This document shows positions 48,888-58,922 of a DNA stretch of 64,000 nt, piece by piece. The stretch is taken from IMG/VR virus record IMGVR_UViG_3300050821_007029; one strand, 5' to 3'. The stretch comes from an uncultured virus (IMG/VR IMGVR_UViG_3300050821_007029). Its lineage: Duplodnaviria; Heunggongvirae; Uroviricota; Caudoviricetes. Made by a program: the position numbers and the translations under genes. The stretch's first letter is position 1; each line of letters starts with the position of its first letter. The notes under the pieces were generated by a model. It was not told the DNA's origin, did no database searches, and saw only the letters and a program-made list of their open reading frames with translations.

Positions 48888-49234
48888 CTGACGCTCTGGC
48901 GGTGTGGTGGCTGCGTGCGCCAGTTGACGTCGGTAGACCGGATCAGCCTCCGGTCGCGGTGCTGGCGGGATCGCCAGCGGAGTTCCCCGATCGTCAGCTG
49001 CCTTTCTTCGGCCTTCCCGCGTTCGCTGTTGCACAGCGGGCACGACAGCACCCAGCTGCCTTGCCGGGGACGGATCGGATAGTGGACGCGGGAGAACAGG
49101 TGGTCGATCGTGGGGTAGTCCGGCGGCAACGGTGGCAGCGGCGTGGGCTCGTACGTCTTCAGCGGCCGCCGGCACCAGAAGCAGAACGGATCCTCCCGCA
49201 TCAGGTTCCTGCGGCGCCGGGCCCGGCTGTTCAC
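48884..49234 (-). CDS. HNH endonuclease
   Basis: CFWC...TIDH...CPLCN. Confidence 0.8.
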   Translation of the reverse strand: MNSRARRRRNLMREDPFCFWCRRPLKTYEPTPLPPLPPDYPTIDHLFSRVHYPIRPRQGSWVLSCPLCNSERGKAEERQLTIGELRWRSRQHRDRRLIRSTDVNWRTQPPHRQSVR

Positions 49235-49710
49235 GTTGCGCCCCGGGGGCCGTACGCGGCGCCGACTGCTCCCGAGAGGGCGTGCCCGGTCGCGAGGTCA
49301 TGAGCGAACCGCTGGGCTTCGGCTTCGCTCATGACGATCTCCCGCGTCGAGCCGTCGCGGAACGACAGGATCAGCTGAAGCTCACCGTCGGCGGCGCGGG
49401 TGATCTGGTAGTAGCGGACGGGATGGCCGGTGTCGCGCGACATGCCGCGCCGGTGCCCGCTGGGCCAGCGCTCGCGGCGTCTCACCAGTCGCTCACGTAT
49501 CCAGCCAGACATCAGCGTTCAGCCAGATGTGCAGCGGCTTCCGTGGTTCGCGGCCCCAGGCGACGTGCCAGCCATGGGGGCCCGCCTTGACGGTGCAGTA
49601 GAAGCTGCTGTCCCGCGCGGCGCACTGCTTCCCGGGTGGTTCGTGATGCGGCTGAAGGTTCAGCCCTGAGCCGGGGTCGTAGACACGTGTAGCCGCGTTC
49701 TCCGTGGTGG

Positions 49711-50712
49711 TCACGGTGACTTCACCCGGCTGACCGACAGTGATCCAGCTGAGCCTTCTTTGAGGCGCTGGGGGACTTCGAGGCCCCATTCGGCGAACAT
49801 CGCGTGAATGGCCTCCGTGTCGTCTACGTAGGAGCCGCGGCCGGGGCGGCTGGTGGTGATTTTCCATCCGGGGATGACACCCCGGTAGCCGTGCAGTTCC
49901 CGGTAGAGGCGGTCTTTGACCGCTTCGGCTTCCCGCATTTTCTCGGTGGCCTCACCGTAGGCGGCGATCATCGTGGCGAGCTCCGGATCAGCGGACAGGT
50001 CCGGGAGGCCTTCACCGGTGTCCTCACCCCTGCACAGGGAGAACATCTCGCAGAACCGTTTGCAGAAGACGTAGGGCTTGTCCTTCGGCAGTGGCTCCCC
50101 TGCGGCCTGCATGGCGGCTATGTGCTCGTAGCGGTCCGCCCAGTGGTCAGCGAAAGCCCGGTCGAACGGCCGCTCATACATGCGCCAGTCGTCGAACGTG
50201 CCGTCGACGGGGGCCAGGAGGACCCGGACGAGACCACCGTCGGGGTCGGGTGCTTCCGCGCGCCAGCGGTCGCCGCCGACGACACCAGCGGCGTACCCCT
50301 GGGGCTGCGCGAACCGCTCATCGCGCACCTTCTCGTCCTCCCATTGGGCGGCGGACGCGAGGGTCGGGAATTTCCAGTCGATGACTTCCCCGGCGTTCCA
50401 CAGGATCTCGTCGGCGTGGCCGGGGATACCGCGGTAGTCAATCGTGTGTTCGTGGCTGAAATGGCTGAAACTCACCCCTGCGGCCGTGAATGCCTCACCC
50501 CGGACCATCTGGAGCCATTGGTGGAGGGCGCTGCCGACGATTGAACGCCATTCGTCGGGCTGGTCGGTGGGCCATTCCCCAGCGATCTGGTAGCCGAGGT
50601 ACGCGCGGCACCCGGCGACACCGGACCAGCCGACCTGGGTTTGCTGGGTGCGGGGCCGCGCGAGGTCCCAGCCGCGTGCCGCGTCGATGACGGAGCTGAG
50701 GTAATCAGCCAT
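49711..50712 (-). CDS. Cas4/RecB-like PD-(D/E)XK exonuclease
   Basis: GSALH, GHAD, IDWK, QxxGY, C-terminal CxxxCxxxxxC. Confidence 0.8.
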   Translation of the reverse strand: MADYLSSVIDAARGWDLARPRTQQTQVGWSGVAGCRAYLGYQIAGEWPTDQPDEWRSIVGSALHQWLQMVRGEAFTAAGVSFSHFSHEHTIDYRGIPGHADEILWNAGEVIDWKFPTLASAAQWEDEKVRDERFAQPQGYAAGVVGGDRWRAEAPDPDGGLVRVLLAPVDGTFDDWRMYERPFDRAFADHWADRYEHIAAMQAAGEPLPKDKPYVFCKRFCEMFSLCRGEDTGEGLPDLSADPELATMIAAYGEATEKMREAEAVKDRLYRELHGYRGVIPGWKITTSRPGRGSYVDDTEAIHAMFAEWGLEVPQRLKEGSAGSLSVSRVKSP

Positions 50713-51004
50713 CGGTGTTCACCCCCGCTACGGCGCGCATCTCGACGGTGAACGTGGTCAGTGGCCGGTTAGGGCAGCCGTCGGGGCGCAGCGGCCGGGT
50801 CTGGGACACCTGGGCCCAGCAGGCGTGAGCGGCGGCCGCGCCGTCGAACACCATCGCCTTACCCAGGTCGCGGGTCCAGTTGGCGTGTCCCCAGCCGTCG
50901 TTGCCTTCCGGGTCGTAGGACGCGAGGTACTGGCCCTCGGGGCCGGGATGTCCCGGCCGCCCGGCTCGTTCACCGAGGCACACCATGACCACCTGGCCGG
51001 TCAC
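50705..51004 (-). CDS. hypothetical protein
   Basis: RPDGCPNRPLT; coupled. Confidence 0.7.
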   Translation of the reverse strand: MTGQVVMVCLGERAGRPGHPGPEGQYLASYDPEGNDGWGHANWTRDLGKAMVFDGAAAAHACWAQVSQTRPLRPDGCPNRPLTTFTVEMRAVAGVNTDG

Positions 51005-51432
51005 TTCGCGGCTCCCTTCCGGGCGGCGTACTTAGCGCGGCGGGCGGCGAGCCGCGCCTCATGCTGCGCTTTGCGCCGGTCCGCGGCTGACGCTTCCCGT
51101 TCAGCGACGGCCGCTGGGATGACGGCGTCGAACCGGGCGGTGACCTCAGCGGACAGGGCCTCACCGATAGCCAGGTGCGGGGGGATGGTGACGGCCCGGG
51201 TGGAAGCCGTCGCCGGGGCCGTGATCGACGCGCCAGGTGTGAATGAGCCGGTTTCAGACAGCAGCGCCCACGCGGCCAGGGCGGCCAGGCCGGCGGCGAG
51301 GACGGCGCTGAATATCCACAGCAGCGCGGTGACGGGGTTCCCGCCTACCCACAGCCATGTCAGCCGCGCCGAGAGGACCACGATGAGGGTGAGGAGGAGA
51401 CGGCTCACCCACGAGCTCACACGGGCCCTCAA
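51001..51432 (-). CDS. membrane protein
   Basis: two TM helices. Confidence 0.6.
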   Translation of the reverse strand: MRARVSSWVSRLLLTLIVVLSARLTWLWVGGNPVTALLWIFSAVLAAGLAALAAWALLSETGSFTPGASITAPATASTRAVTIPPHLAIGEALSAEVTARFDAVIPAAVAEREASAADRRKAQHEARLAARRAKYAARKGAAK

Positions 51433-52481
51433 CGTGTCTCACCGCCCTGTGTGGGAGCGGGAACCGGGCCTGGGGGTGGGCTGAACACCGCCGCTGGTGG
51501 CCCGCCCGAGCCCGGAATGTCACGTGGTGGGCCCGGCGGGGGTGTGCGGTCGAGGACCTTCTGCTTCGCCTGGGCGATGACCGCGTGCAGCGGCAGCAGC
51601 ACACCGTCGAACGGTGACGTGACCTTCTCCGACAGCCACCGGTTCCGTGACGCGATCTCATACACGGCGTGGCGGAGATCATTCTCGGTCTTGTCCTTGT
51701 TCCCAGCGATCGAGTAGGCGAGGCTGGCGAGGTTCCTCGGCCCCTCATCGCCAGCGCCCGCGTTGCCCTTCGCGCTGTCGTCCTTGCCAGACTTCGCCTT
51801 CGCCCGGGTCCGCGCCGCCGGCTTGGCTGTCTCCCCGTCCGGGCCGCTGGTGTCCTCCTCGGCGCCGCGTTCCTGCTTCGACCAAAGTGACCGCGCCACA
51901 CCGAAACGCAGCGCCGCGTTCCGCAGCCCGTCGCCAATGGTTTCTTTCATCGCCGCGCCGGTCGCGCCTTTCCCGTCGGCGTCGCCGTAACCGAGACGGG
52001 TCACCTCGTAGCCGGCGTCGTCGTGGACGGTGAGCTCGATCCACATGCCGCCGGAGCGGTCCAGCAGCGGCGGCGCGTTAGCGATGACCGCCTGGACGAT
52101 CGAAGGGTTACCCGAGGCGATCGCGGCGAGGAGGACGTCCTTGTCCGGGTTGGTGTACGCGGGCCGCCATGTCCAGTAGGGGTCAACCTGCAAGAGGCGT
52201 TCGGTGACGTCAGCGTGGCCGACGTAGTCGAGGTGGGTGTGCGCCGCGGTGATCCACGCCTTGCAGTCCGGGCAGCGGATCTTCTCGTGCTTCAGCCCGC
52301 GGTTGTCGGTCTTCCCGCACGCCTTCGACGGGGAATGTGAACAGTCATAGCAGCTGATAGCGGGCTTCCCGAAGACCTTGTCCTCGGGGAACTCCGCCAT
52401 GAGTTTCGCCGCCCATTCGCGGCTGACCGCGGTCACCTCCCCATGGCCGTTCGATTCCGCTTCCGGTGCTGGCTGACTCAT
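51429..52481 (-). CDS. Rad52/Sak-like single-strand annealing protein
   Basis: LDYVGHADVTERL...KETIGDGLRNAALRFGV. Confidence 0.8.
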   Translation of the reverse strand: MSQPAPEAESNGHGEVTAVSREWAAKLMAEFPEDKVFGKPAISCYDCSHSPSKACGKTDNRGLKHEKIRCPDCKAWITAAHTHLDYVGHADVTERLLQVDPYWTWRPAYTNPDKDVLLAAIASGNPSIVQAVIANAPPLLDRSGGMWIELTVHDDAGYEVTRLGYGDADGKGATGAAMKETIGDGLRNAALRFGVARSLWSKQERGAEEDTSGPDGETAKPAARTRAKAKSGKDDSAKGNAGAGDEGPRNLASLAYSIAGNKDKTENDLRHAVYEIASRNRWLSEKVTSPFDGVLLPLHAVIAQAKQKVLDRTPPPGPPRDIPGSGGPPAAVFSPPPGPVPAPTQGGETR

Positions 52482-53170
52482 GTGACCCTCCGTCTCATTC
52501 ACCTATCGAACACGCGGCCACCGACAGGGCGGGCTACGCGTCCCGGGTTTGTGTGATGGCGTCCCGCAGGTCCCGGACCGCCTCGGACCACGTGTCCGCG
52601 CGGGCTTTCAGCCGGTCCGCCGCCAGCATCTGCTTCGGCGACGGCAGCCCAGTCCGCGCGGTGCGGCGGTCCGCCGCCGCGGTGATCGCCCGGGACTTGT
52701 CCCGCAGCGCCGCCGCGAGTTCCGCCCATTGCCTGGCGAGGAGCTCGGCAGCGGCCACCAGGTCGTCGTGTTCCTGCTGCGCGCGGCCCAGCCGCCCCTC
52801 AAGCTCGTCTATGCGGGCGTTCGCCTCGAGATTGCCCGGGCCGCCTGGCCACGTCCGGGTGACCGAGCCGGTGTCCTGGCGGGCGGCCGCGTTCACAACG
52901 CCTCCCAGGCGCGGCAGCGGCCGCAGGTCCTCGCGGGGCGGCCGTCGCCCATGACGTACCGCTCCCACCGGTGACGCAGCGGGAACCTGCGGCGCCGGCA
53001 CGGCGGCGTGGCCAGTTTGATGTGATCGGTTATGCACCAGTGGCATAGCTGGTTTGGGGGCATTCTCGCGCAGTAGCAGCCGGGGGGCGCGTCGGCGCCG
53101 AGCGGGCCCGGGCCGCGGCCGAGGAGCCGGTTCACCCGATAGGCCAGCACACGCCGCCGCCACGACTGTT

Positions 53171-53599
53171 TCACGGCGCTGGCTCGCTCTCCGTGGGTGC
53201 CTCGTCAGCGAACAGGCCGTCGGCTGGTTCGACGATGACGTCGAGGCTGGGGCCGTGGACGGGCAGCGCCGCCATGACTGGCCAGTTCATGGACAGGTAA
53301 CTGGCGTGGTGCCAGCAGCGGTCCACGACCCGGAAACCGCCGCCCTGCTGGGTGATCTGGTCGAACAGGGTGATCAGGTCGCCCACGGCTGGGGGGTGAG
53401 GTGTGGGGAGCCGTGATTGGCCGTCTGGGGCGGTGATGGTCAACGGCTGGTAGTGGAACAGGCCCTCACCGGCTGGGGTGCGGATGTAGAACCGGCACCA
53501 TGTGATCGTCTCCGGGTGTGGCGCCACGGCTGGCGGGGCGGCGGAACGGGCTGGCCCTGGCGTCCACGGGGCGTTCGGGTCGATGCCTGTGGTGCTCAT
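53171..53599 (-). CDS. hypothetical protein
   Basis: PAVGD...FRVVDR pattern; coupled. Confidence 0.6.
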   Translation of the reverse strand: MSTTGIDPNAPWTPGPARSAAPPAVAPHPETITWCRFYIRTPAGEGLFHYQPLTITAPDGQSRLPTPHPPAVGDLITLFDQITQQGGGFRVVDRCWHHASYLSMNWPVMAALPVHGPSLDVIVEPADGLFADEAPTESEPAP

Positions 53600-53972
53600 G
53601 GCCGGTGCTCCTCGGGGTTGTGGTGGCAGTTCCGGCAGGGCTGGTGACCGTCGCCGTCGTAGTCGTCGACCTCGCAGCAATCACACTTATCCCCGATGAG
53701 ACGCGGCGTCTCAGTGGTGTAGTACAGCTCCGAGTCGCTCACGTGAGCCTCACGTGGACTGGTTCGGTGGCGTGGTCGCCGCACGCCAGACCCCAGAACA
53801 TCTCCACACCGTCCTCCCGCATCGACACACGCACCGTCGCCGGCCGCCAGCACGAAGCACACGGCCCACTGTCGGGGTCCGTTCACCGGCACGAGGACCC
53901 GGTCGCAGCGGGCCAGGGTTTCCTCCGCCACCGCCTGGAAGTGACTCAGCGTGGCCGTGGTCTTGGCGCTGA

Positions 53973-54290
53973 TCACAACGCCTCCCATTCGGGCTGGCGG
54001 GTTTCCCGCTCAGCGAGTGTCGCCGCGAGGTCATCGACATAGTCGAACAAGGTGCCCCGCGGCACTCCCAGGGCGTCTTCGATGAGCTGCCCGGTGCGGG
54101 GGCGGGTGCCGTCGCGGCGCCACCGTGGCTGCTGTGTCGCGATCGACGCGACTGTCTGCCACGACACACCCAGCCCCTGCGGGTCGATGGTCCTGGTGTG
54201 GGCGGCGAGGGCCGCGTATCCCCAGCCATGCCCGGCCATGGCGGCGCGGAGGGGGGCGCCGCCGTCGCGGAGTCTCGCGCTGGCACGCAT
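53973..54290 (-). CDS. XRE/Cro-like HTH regulator
   Basis: LRAAM...YAALA...VSWQTV...IEDALGVP..TLF; GGAGG RBS. Confidence 0.75.
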   Translation of the reverse strand: MRASARLRDGGAPLRAAMAGHGWGYAALAAHTRTIDPQGLGVSWQTVASIATQQPRWRRDGTRPRTGQLIEDALGVPRGTLFDYVDDLAATLAERETRQPEWEAL

Positions 54291-54317
54291 GAATCTGGCC
54301 TCCAGGGGATTGATCGG

Positions 54318-54365
54318 TTTCTACATTCAGCATACCGGGCGGGGGCTATGTAGAAAAGATGTCAA
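54318..54365 (-). promoter_or_regulatory. promoter of the HTH gene bracketed by inverted TTTCTACAT boxes
   Basis: tttctacat 54318-54326, TATGCT 54329-54334, atgtagaaaa 54348-54357. Confidence 0.8.
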
Positions 54366-54415
54366 CTGGTTCACGCGGGCCCGGACCCGGAATCTCCAGG
54401 GCTGCGATGGATCAC

Positions 54416-55015
54416 TCATGGCTCATCCTCAGCCGGCGGGTTATAGGCGGTGTATCCCTTGTGGCTCCTCTTGCGGCCGACACGCACACTCCACAGAGCA
54501 CCCGTATTAAGGCTGTTGTCGCGGCAGAACTTCGCCAGGTTGGTGATCTGGATTGGCGTGCCGCTAGGGTCGCGTAGCCATATCGTCTTCGCGGCCGCGG
54601 CCGCGAAGAGACTGCGCGTTGTTTCGCTCACGACAGCGCCGTATCGGGGATTCCTCGCACCACGTCGGTCAGCATGCACCTGACGTCCCTTGGCAACCAT
54701 GTCGAGCGTATTGTCACGGTGAGTACCTAGGAAGAGGCGATCTGGGTTGCAACAGGGCGGGTTGTCGCAGCGGTGCAGCACGCACAGGCCCTCCGGGATC
54801 GGGCCTTTGAGCAGCTGCCAAGCCACTCGTGAGGCGAGAAGAGTGCGCTCAGCGTCTCCGCCTTCACCTGACCCGATCTTGCCGTATCCTCCCCTATTTG
54901 TCGCGTTAGTCCAAACCCAGCAAGCCCCTAGCTCGGGACAGTGCTCGGGAACAGGCCCGTCCTTTGTGACCTTTTCCCAGAACCGCTCAGCCAGCGGTTG
55001 GCGTGCAGGACTCAT
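54416..55015 (-). CDS. HNH homing-type endonuclease
   Basis: RFWEKV...CWVWT...LHRCDNPPCCNP..L..GTHRDN; visibly lower GC. Confidence 0.9.
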   Translation of the reverse strand: MSPARQPLAERFWEKVTKDGPVPEHCPELGACWVWTNATNRGGYGKIGSGEGGDAERTLLASRVAWQLLKGPIPEGLCVLHRCDNPPCCNPDRLFLGTHRDNTLDMVAKGRQVHADRRGARNPRYGAVVSETTRSLFAAAAAKTIWLRDPSGTPIQITNLAKFCRDNSLNTGALWSVRVGRKRSHKGYTAYNPPAEDEP

Positions 55016-55305
55016 ATCTCCGTAATATCCTTCAGGCCAGCAGCCAGGCCGCTCCTATAACCATGCTCGAGTGCTAGCCAGAATTTCCCCGGCACGCCCG
55101 TGCCCCGCTGGAGCACCAGCGCGTGACGCTCGGTCAGTGGCTCGCGGTCAAGCACTTCCTGGATCAGCACGGCGGCTTCGCCGCGGCCAGCGCGGCCCAT
55201 CGCGGCCACGGCCAGCACCGGGACACTCAGGTTGTTGTCTTCCATCCACTCGCGCAGCGTCGCCGCCGGCGCGAGGGTCCAGTCGGGGGTGAATGGATGT
55301 GTCAC
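55012..55305 (-). CDS. HigA-like antitoxin HTH
   Basis: PAATLREWM...LT...A..L...TGVP..FWL.LE..Y. Confidence 0.7.
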   Translation of the reverse strand: MTHPFTPDWTLAPAATLREWMEDNNLSVPVLAVAAMGRAGRGEAAVLIQEVLDREPLTERHALVLQRGTGVPGKFWLALEHGYRSGLAAGLKDITEI

Positions 55306-55558
55306 CGGTCGCCCTCCTCACAGCGGACCGACGGCCCGCGTTCCCGGTTCCGCCGGGCCAGCCGCGCGTCCACCACCACGGTGACCACCAGCAGCACCAG
55401 CGACGCCCCACCCGTGGCCGCTGAGGCCCACCACCACTGGCGGCCCGCGAACAGACCGAGGATCGACAGGAACGCCAACCCGATCCCCACCAGGGCCAGC
55501 GGCACGAACTGGGCATCGGTCAGGCCGTAGAACATCCGGCGGTCAGGCACGGGCGCGT

Positions 55559-56185
55559 TCACAGCCTGCCCGCTTCCTTCAGCATCCGGCGGGCCTCATC
55601 GAGGCGGTCCCAGTCCGCCCGGGGCCCGCCCATGTCGGGGTGCATGCGGCGGGCCATCATCCGGTACAGCCCACCCAGCCCGGTAAGCGGCGTGGCGGCC
55701 AAACGCAGCTGGACGTCGGCGTAGCCGCGCATCCACTTCTCCGCCGCGTCAGCATCCGCGAACACTGACCCGCGGGGCGCTTCAATCGCCCGCCAGCCCT
55801 GATATTGCTCACCCCGTTTCGTCACCCCGTAACGGTCGACCGCGCGGAGGGCCTCCAACGCGAGCGCGATCGCGCGGAGGTTCGCCCGCCAGTCGGTGAA
55901 CTCGTCGGTGGCGTAGCGGAGCGGCCCGTACCGGGACTCAAACGACACCACCACACCCGGGTGGGAGCCGTAGCGGGCGTTCGCCCGCGGCAGCCCATCC
56001 ACGCGGATGTCCCGCTCCTGCAGGTCCACCTGAAGCACCAGGTGCTTCGCGCCGAGTTTTTCAGCCTCGGCGAACAGCAGGTCGAGGGTGCCGTCGTAGG
56101 AGGCCTTGAAGCGGGAAGGGCTCCGCGCCCACTGCGCCGTGGAGCCCCCAACCCAGTCACCCAGCGGCCTGAACTCGTAACGCAT
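55559..56185 (-). CDS. phage protein with C-terminal DnaJ (HPD) domain
   Basis: NLRAIALALEALR...YRMMARRMHPDMGG. Confidence 0.8.
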   Translation of the reverse strand: MRYEFRPLGDWVGGSTAQWARSPSRFKASYDGTLDLLFAEAEKLGAKHLVLQVDLQERDIRVDGLPRANARYGSHPGVVVSFESRYGPLRYATDEFTDWRANLRAIALALEALRAVDRYGVTKRGEQYQGWRAIEAPRGSVFADADAAEKWMRGYADVQLRLAATPLTGLGGLYRMMARRMHPDMGGPRADWDRLDEARRMLKEAGRL

Positions 56186-56188
56186 CGC

Positions 56189-56587
56189 TCAGCCCACCGT
56201 TGGTTCGTCGAGGGGGACGAAGCGGCGGTCGCCGGGCATCCGGCGGATCTGCGCCGCCGTCAGCACCATCGGACCACCCATCGTGGGCCGGTCATGCTGC
56301 GTCTCGTCAGCGAATCCGAGGGCCACCAGGATCACCCGCAGCGCCTCCAGCGTCGTGGGGCCGGCGGCGAGCCGTTCCCAGAACTTGGGTGGCAGTTCCC
56401 CGAACACGTGGAAAGCTGAGTCGAAGACCTCCAGCCGCAGACCAGGCTCATCGTTGAACCGGGTCTCCTCGAACACGACATCCCACCGGTCGTCTTCCGG
56501 GCCGCCCTGTATCGCGAGGTACTGGGGGCGGTTGCGGTCACACCACCACGCCTCCCACGAACACACGTACGTCAGGTCGTCCACCAT
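56189..56587 (-). CDS. hypothetical protein
   Basis: GGAGGAGG RBS before MVDDL. Confidence 0.65.
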   Translation of the reverse strand: MVDDLTYVCSWEAWWCDRNRPQYLAIQGGPEDDRWDVVFEETRFNDEPGLRLEVFDSAFHVFGELPPKFWERLAAGPTTLEALRVILVALGFADETQHDRPTMGGPMVLTAAQIRRMPGDRRFVPLDEPTVG

Positions 56588-56588
56588 G

Positions 56589-57073
56589 TCAGCCTCCTCC
56601 CGGTTCAGGGCCACCGAATGGTTCGTCAGCGGTGGGGAGCACCCGGAGCAGCAGCACCGGGCATCCGCCCCTGAACCCGGCGGACACCTGCCGCAGCGGC
56701 CACGTCCGCCCACCCACCTCAACACGCACCCGGGCGGACGCCGGCACACTGGCCATCCCGCACGCGTCGGCGTCCATCAGATGCGTGACCGACGCCCCCA
56801 GATGCTCGGCGGTGACGCCACCCTCGACGTTCGCCGCGATGAGCGCGATACCTTCCCAGGACGCGATGAGCGCCTGGGCGACGTCGTCAGCGACGTAGGA
56901 CTGGTCGATGATCCACCGGTGCTGGCCGTCGATGAAGTCGCCACCGGCGGGGCCGTCCGCTTCGGGGTGCATGCCGAGGGTGGCGTTCAGCTGCTCGATC
57001 TCTTTCAGCAGCCGCCCACCGCAGAGCACCTCATACCTGACACGCTTACCCACCACTGCCTCCCTCACGTCAC
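56589..57073 (-). CDS. hypothetical protein (start uncertain)
   Basis: ORF in chain. Confidence 0.5.
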
Positions 57074-57439
57074 CATTTGCTTTTGTTCGTGCCGAACAGG
57101 AACCCCGTGACCTTGCCGCCCCGGCTGGCTTCCCGCATCTGGCGGTCCTCGCCCGCTTTCCCGCGGGCCGCGCGTTCACCAATGAGTTTCGACTGACGCA
57201 GCAGATCGTTCACCGTGACCTTGCTGGCGCCTTTCCGGTGCGCCTTCACCGCCTCACCGGCGAGTCGTTTGGCTTCCTTTTCATCACTTCGCCAGCCCAT
57301 CGCTGCCTCCCTGAACGTCTCAGTTATCTCGTCGGCCGTGTACCCGGTGGTGCCTGGATCGCCACGTGGCGGTTCGCTTCCCGGGCGAAGAGCACCGCGA
57401 CCTGCTCATCATCGAGAGACAGGATCTCCGGCTGGTCGC

Positions 57440-57700
57440 TCATGAGTCATCACCGGAGCCACGGCGATGACGGGTCCGCAGCTGGCTGTCGTCTCCCGCC
57501 GCGTCAGCGGCCACCGCCTCACGCACACGCGGGTCCTGAAGGGCCGCCATCTCCAGCGCGCTGACGGTCACCGCCGGTGTCAGGACGAGGGTGCCATCGG
57601 GGAACTCCTCAACGAGGTACCGGTCGTAGGCGTGGGTGCGGACCCGGGCGAGGCTCGTGCGGCCACGCTCGTCCACCACAATCTCCGGCTGCCCGCTCAC
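57440..57700 (-). CDS. AbrB/MazE-like DNA-binding protein
   Basis: VDERGR.SL...DGTLVLTP. Confidence 0.65.
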   Translation of the reverse strand: MSGQPEIVVDERGRTSLARVRTHAYDRYLVEEFPDGTLVLTPAVTVSALEMAALQDPRVREAVAADAAGDDSQLRTRHRRGSGDDS

Positions 57701-57977
57701 GGCTCAGCCACCTCCGCTGGCTGCTGCGCGTCGAAGTCCTCACTGAGGGCGGCGAACAGCTTCTGCGCGAGGTCGTTGACCGTTGACCGCGCGTACACGG
57801 CCCGGTCGCCGTCGCTGACGCTGCCTTCCAGCAGCGTGTTGCCAAGCCCAGCGCCGCAGGTGAGGCTGTACTCACGGCCCTCGTGGCTGGCGTCCACCCA
57901 GCTCTGCCGCAGGCCACCCAGCCCGAGTTCTTCCAGCGTGCCGACATCGAACTCGATCTCAAGCGTTAGCTTCCACA

Positions 57978-58265
57978 TCAGAACGGCCCTCCCAGTTTGT
58001 GAGCGGCGATGACGAGCACCACGATCCACATGGCGCAGACCGCCACTACCCACGCGGCGCTCTTAGGCGTGGTTGGCTTCCGGGGCTTGCCGATCGAGTA
58101 GATCAGCATCATCCGCTGCTCGGGTTTCCACACCGGGCCACGCTGATAGGGCAGGTCGTAGCTGATGTCGCCACGCTGGACCTGGTGGATCAGGTCACCC
58201 CACGCGCGGCCAGTGATGTTCATCGCCAGCTCACGCACTGGCTCCGTCGTCTGGAAAGAAGTCAC
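57978..58265 (-). CDS. truncated DUF262-like N-terminus fused to a TM helix
   Basis: PYQRGPVW...LIYSI then unrelated hydrophobic tail. Confidence 0.55.
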   Translation of the reverse strand: MTSFQTTEPVRELAMNITGRAWGDLIHQVQRGDISYDLPYQRGPVWKPEQRMMLIYSIGKPRKPTTPKSAAWVVAVCAMWIVVLVIAAHKLGGPF

Positions 58266-58837
58266 CGCGCTGGCTCCATCTCGCAGTAGGGGCACGCCGT
58301 GGACTGCCGGTCCGGCATGTGGTCCCGCACGTGATACGCCTGCTCCACCAGATGCGGCGGGAACCGGCCGTCGAGGATCGCGCCGGTCAGGTCACCCTTC
58401 GACGCGTCCGGGCCCAGCCCGTTCCACCCGGGGCGCTCAGCGGCCAGGAGGAGCCGCAGCTCGGCGCGGGTCTTGTTGTTGTGCAGCTTCCGGCCGGTGA
58501 CGTCACGGCCGTCGAGGACCTGGCGGGCCTCCACCTCCGTCATCAGCGTCCGCCCCGGCTCATCCCAGACACCGGTGGTGGCCTGCGTGGAACCACCCAC
58601 GACGACAGCACCCGACGGGTCGTGCCAGGTGTAGGGGTGCCGGCCGGTGACGGTGCGGATGAACTCCTCCGCGGCGCGCTGCTTGTCCCTGCTGTGGGTG
58701 CCGGGGGCGAACACGATCACCAGGGGGCTGAAGATCCCGGCGCGTTTCCCGTTGACGGTGACGAGACGGCCGAGGCGGCCGGACGCGGCGAGCTTCGGCG
58801 GCGGCTCAGGGTGCGGGACGTGGGCTGGGACGCTCAT
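58262..58837 (-). CDS. hypothetical protein
   Basis: first gene after promoter; GGAGG RBS. Confidence 0.7.
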   Translation of the reverse strand: MSVPAHVPHPEPPPKLAASGRLGRLVTVNGKRAGIFSPLVIVFAPGTHSRDKQRAAEEFIRTVTGRHPYTWHDPSGAVVVGGSTQATTGVWDEPGRTLMTEVEARQVLDGRDVTGRKLHNNKTRAELRLLLAAERPGWNGLGPDASKGDLTGAILDGRFPPHLVEQAYHVRDHMPDRQSTACPYCEMEPAR

Positions 58838-58849
58838 GGGTCCTCCGGG

Positions 58850-58897
58850 TGTGGTGGTTAGTACCCCTATCTTATGTAGAAAAGTAGAAAAGGACAA
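58850..58897 (-). promoter_or_regulatory. promoter TTGTCC-17-TAAGAT with tandem boxes
   Basis: spacer TTTTCTAC-TTTTCTACA; AACCACCAC leader. Confidence 0.85.
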
Positions 58898-58922
58898 GGG
58901 GGATTTTGACGTCAGACATGCC

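Noticed and set aside
49711..50712. CRISPR-Cas system (Cas4-like gene)
   Set aside because: No repeat-spacer array or other cas genes seen; proximity to an SSAP indicates a phage recombination exonuclease
56915..56935. DGQHR motif suggesting a DndB/DUF262 domain
   Set aside because: Surrounding sequence lacks the rest of the domain; probably chance
57070..57443. Frameshift joining MSDQPEIL... to MGWRSDEK...
   Set aside because: The downstream ORF has its own GGGAGG RBS, so two genes explain it equally well
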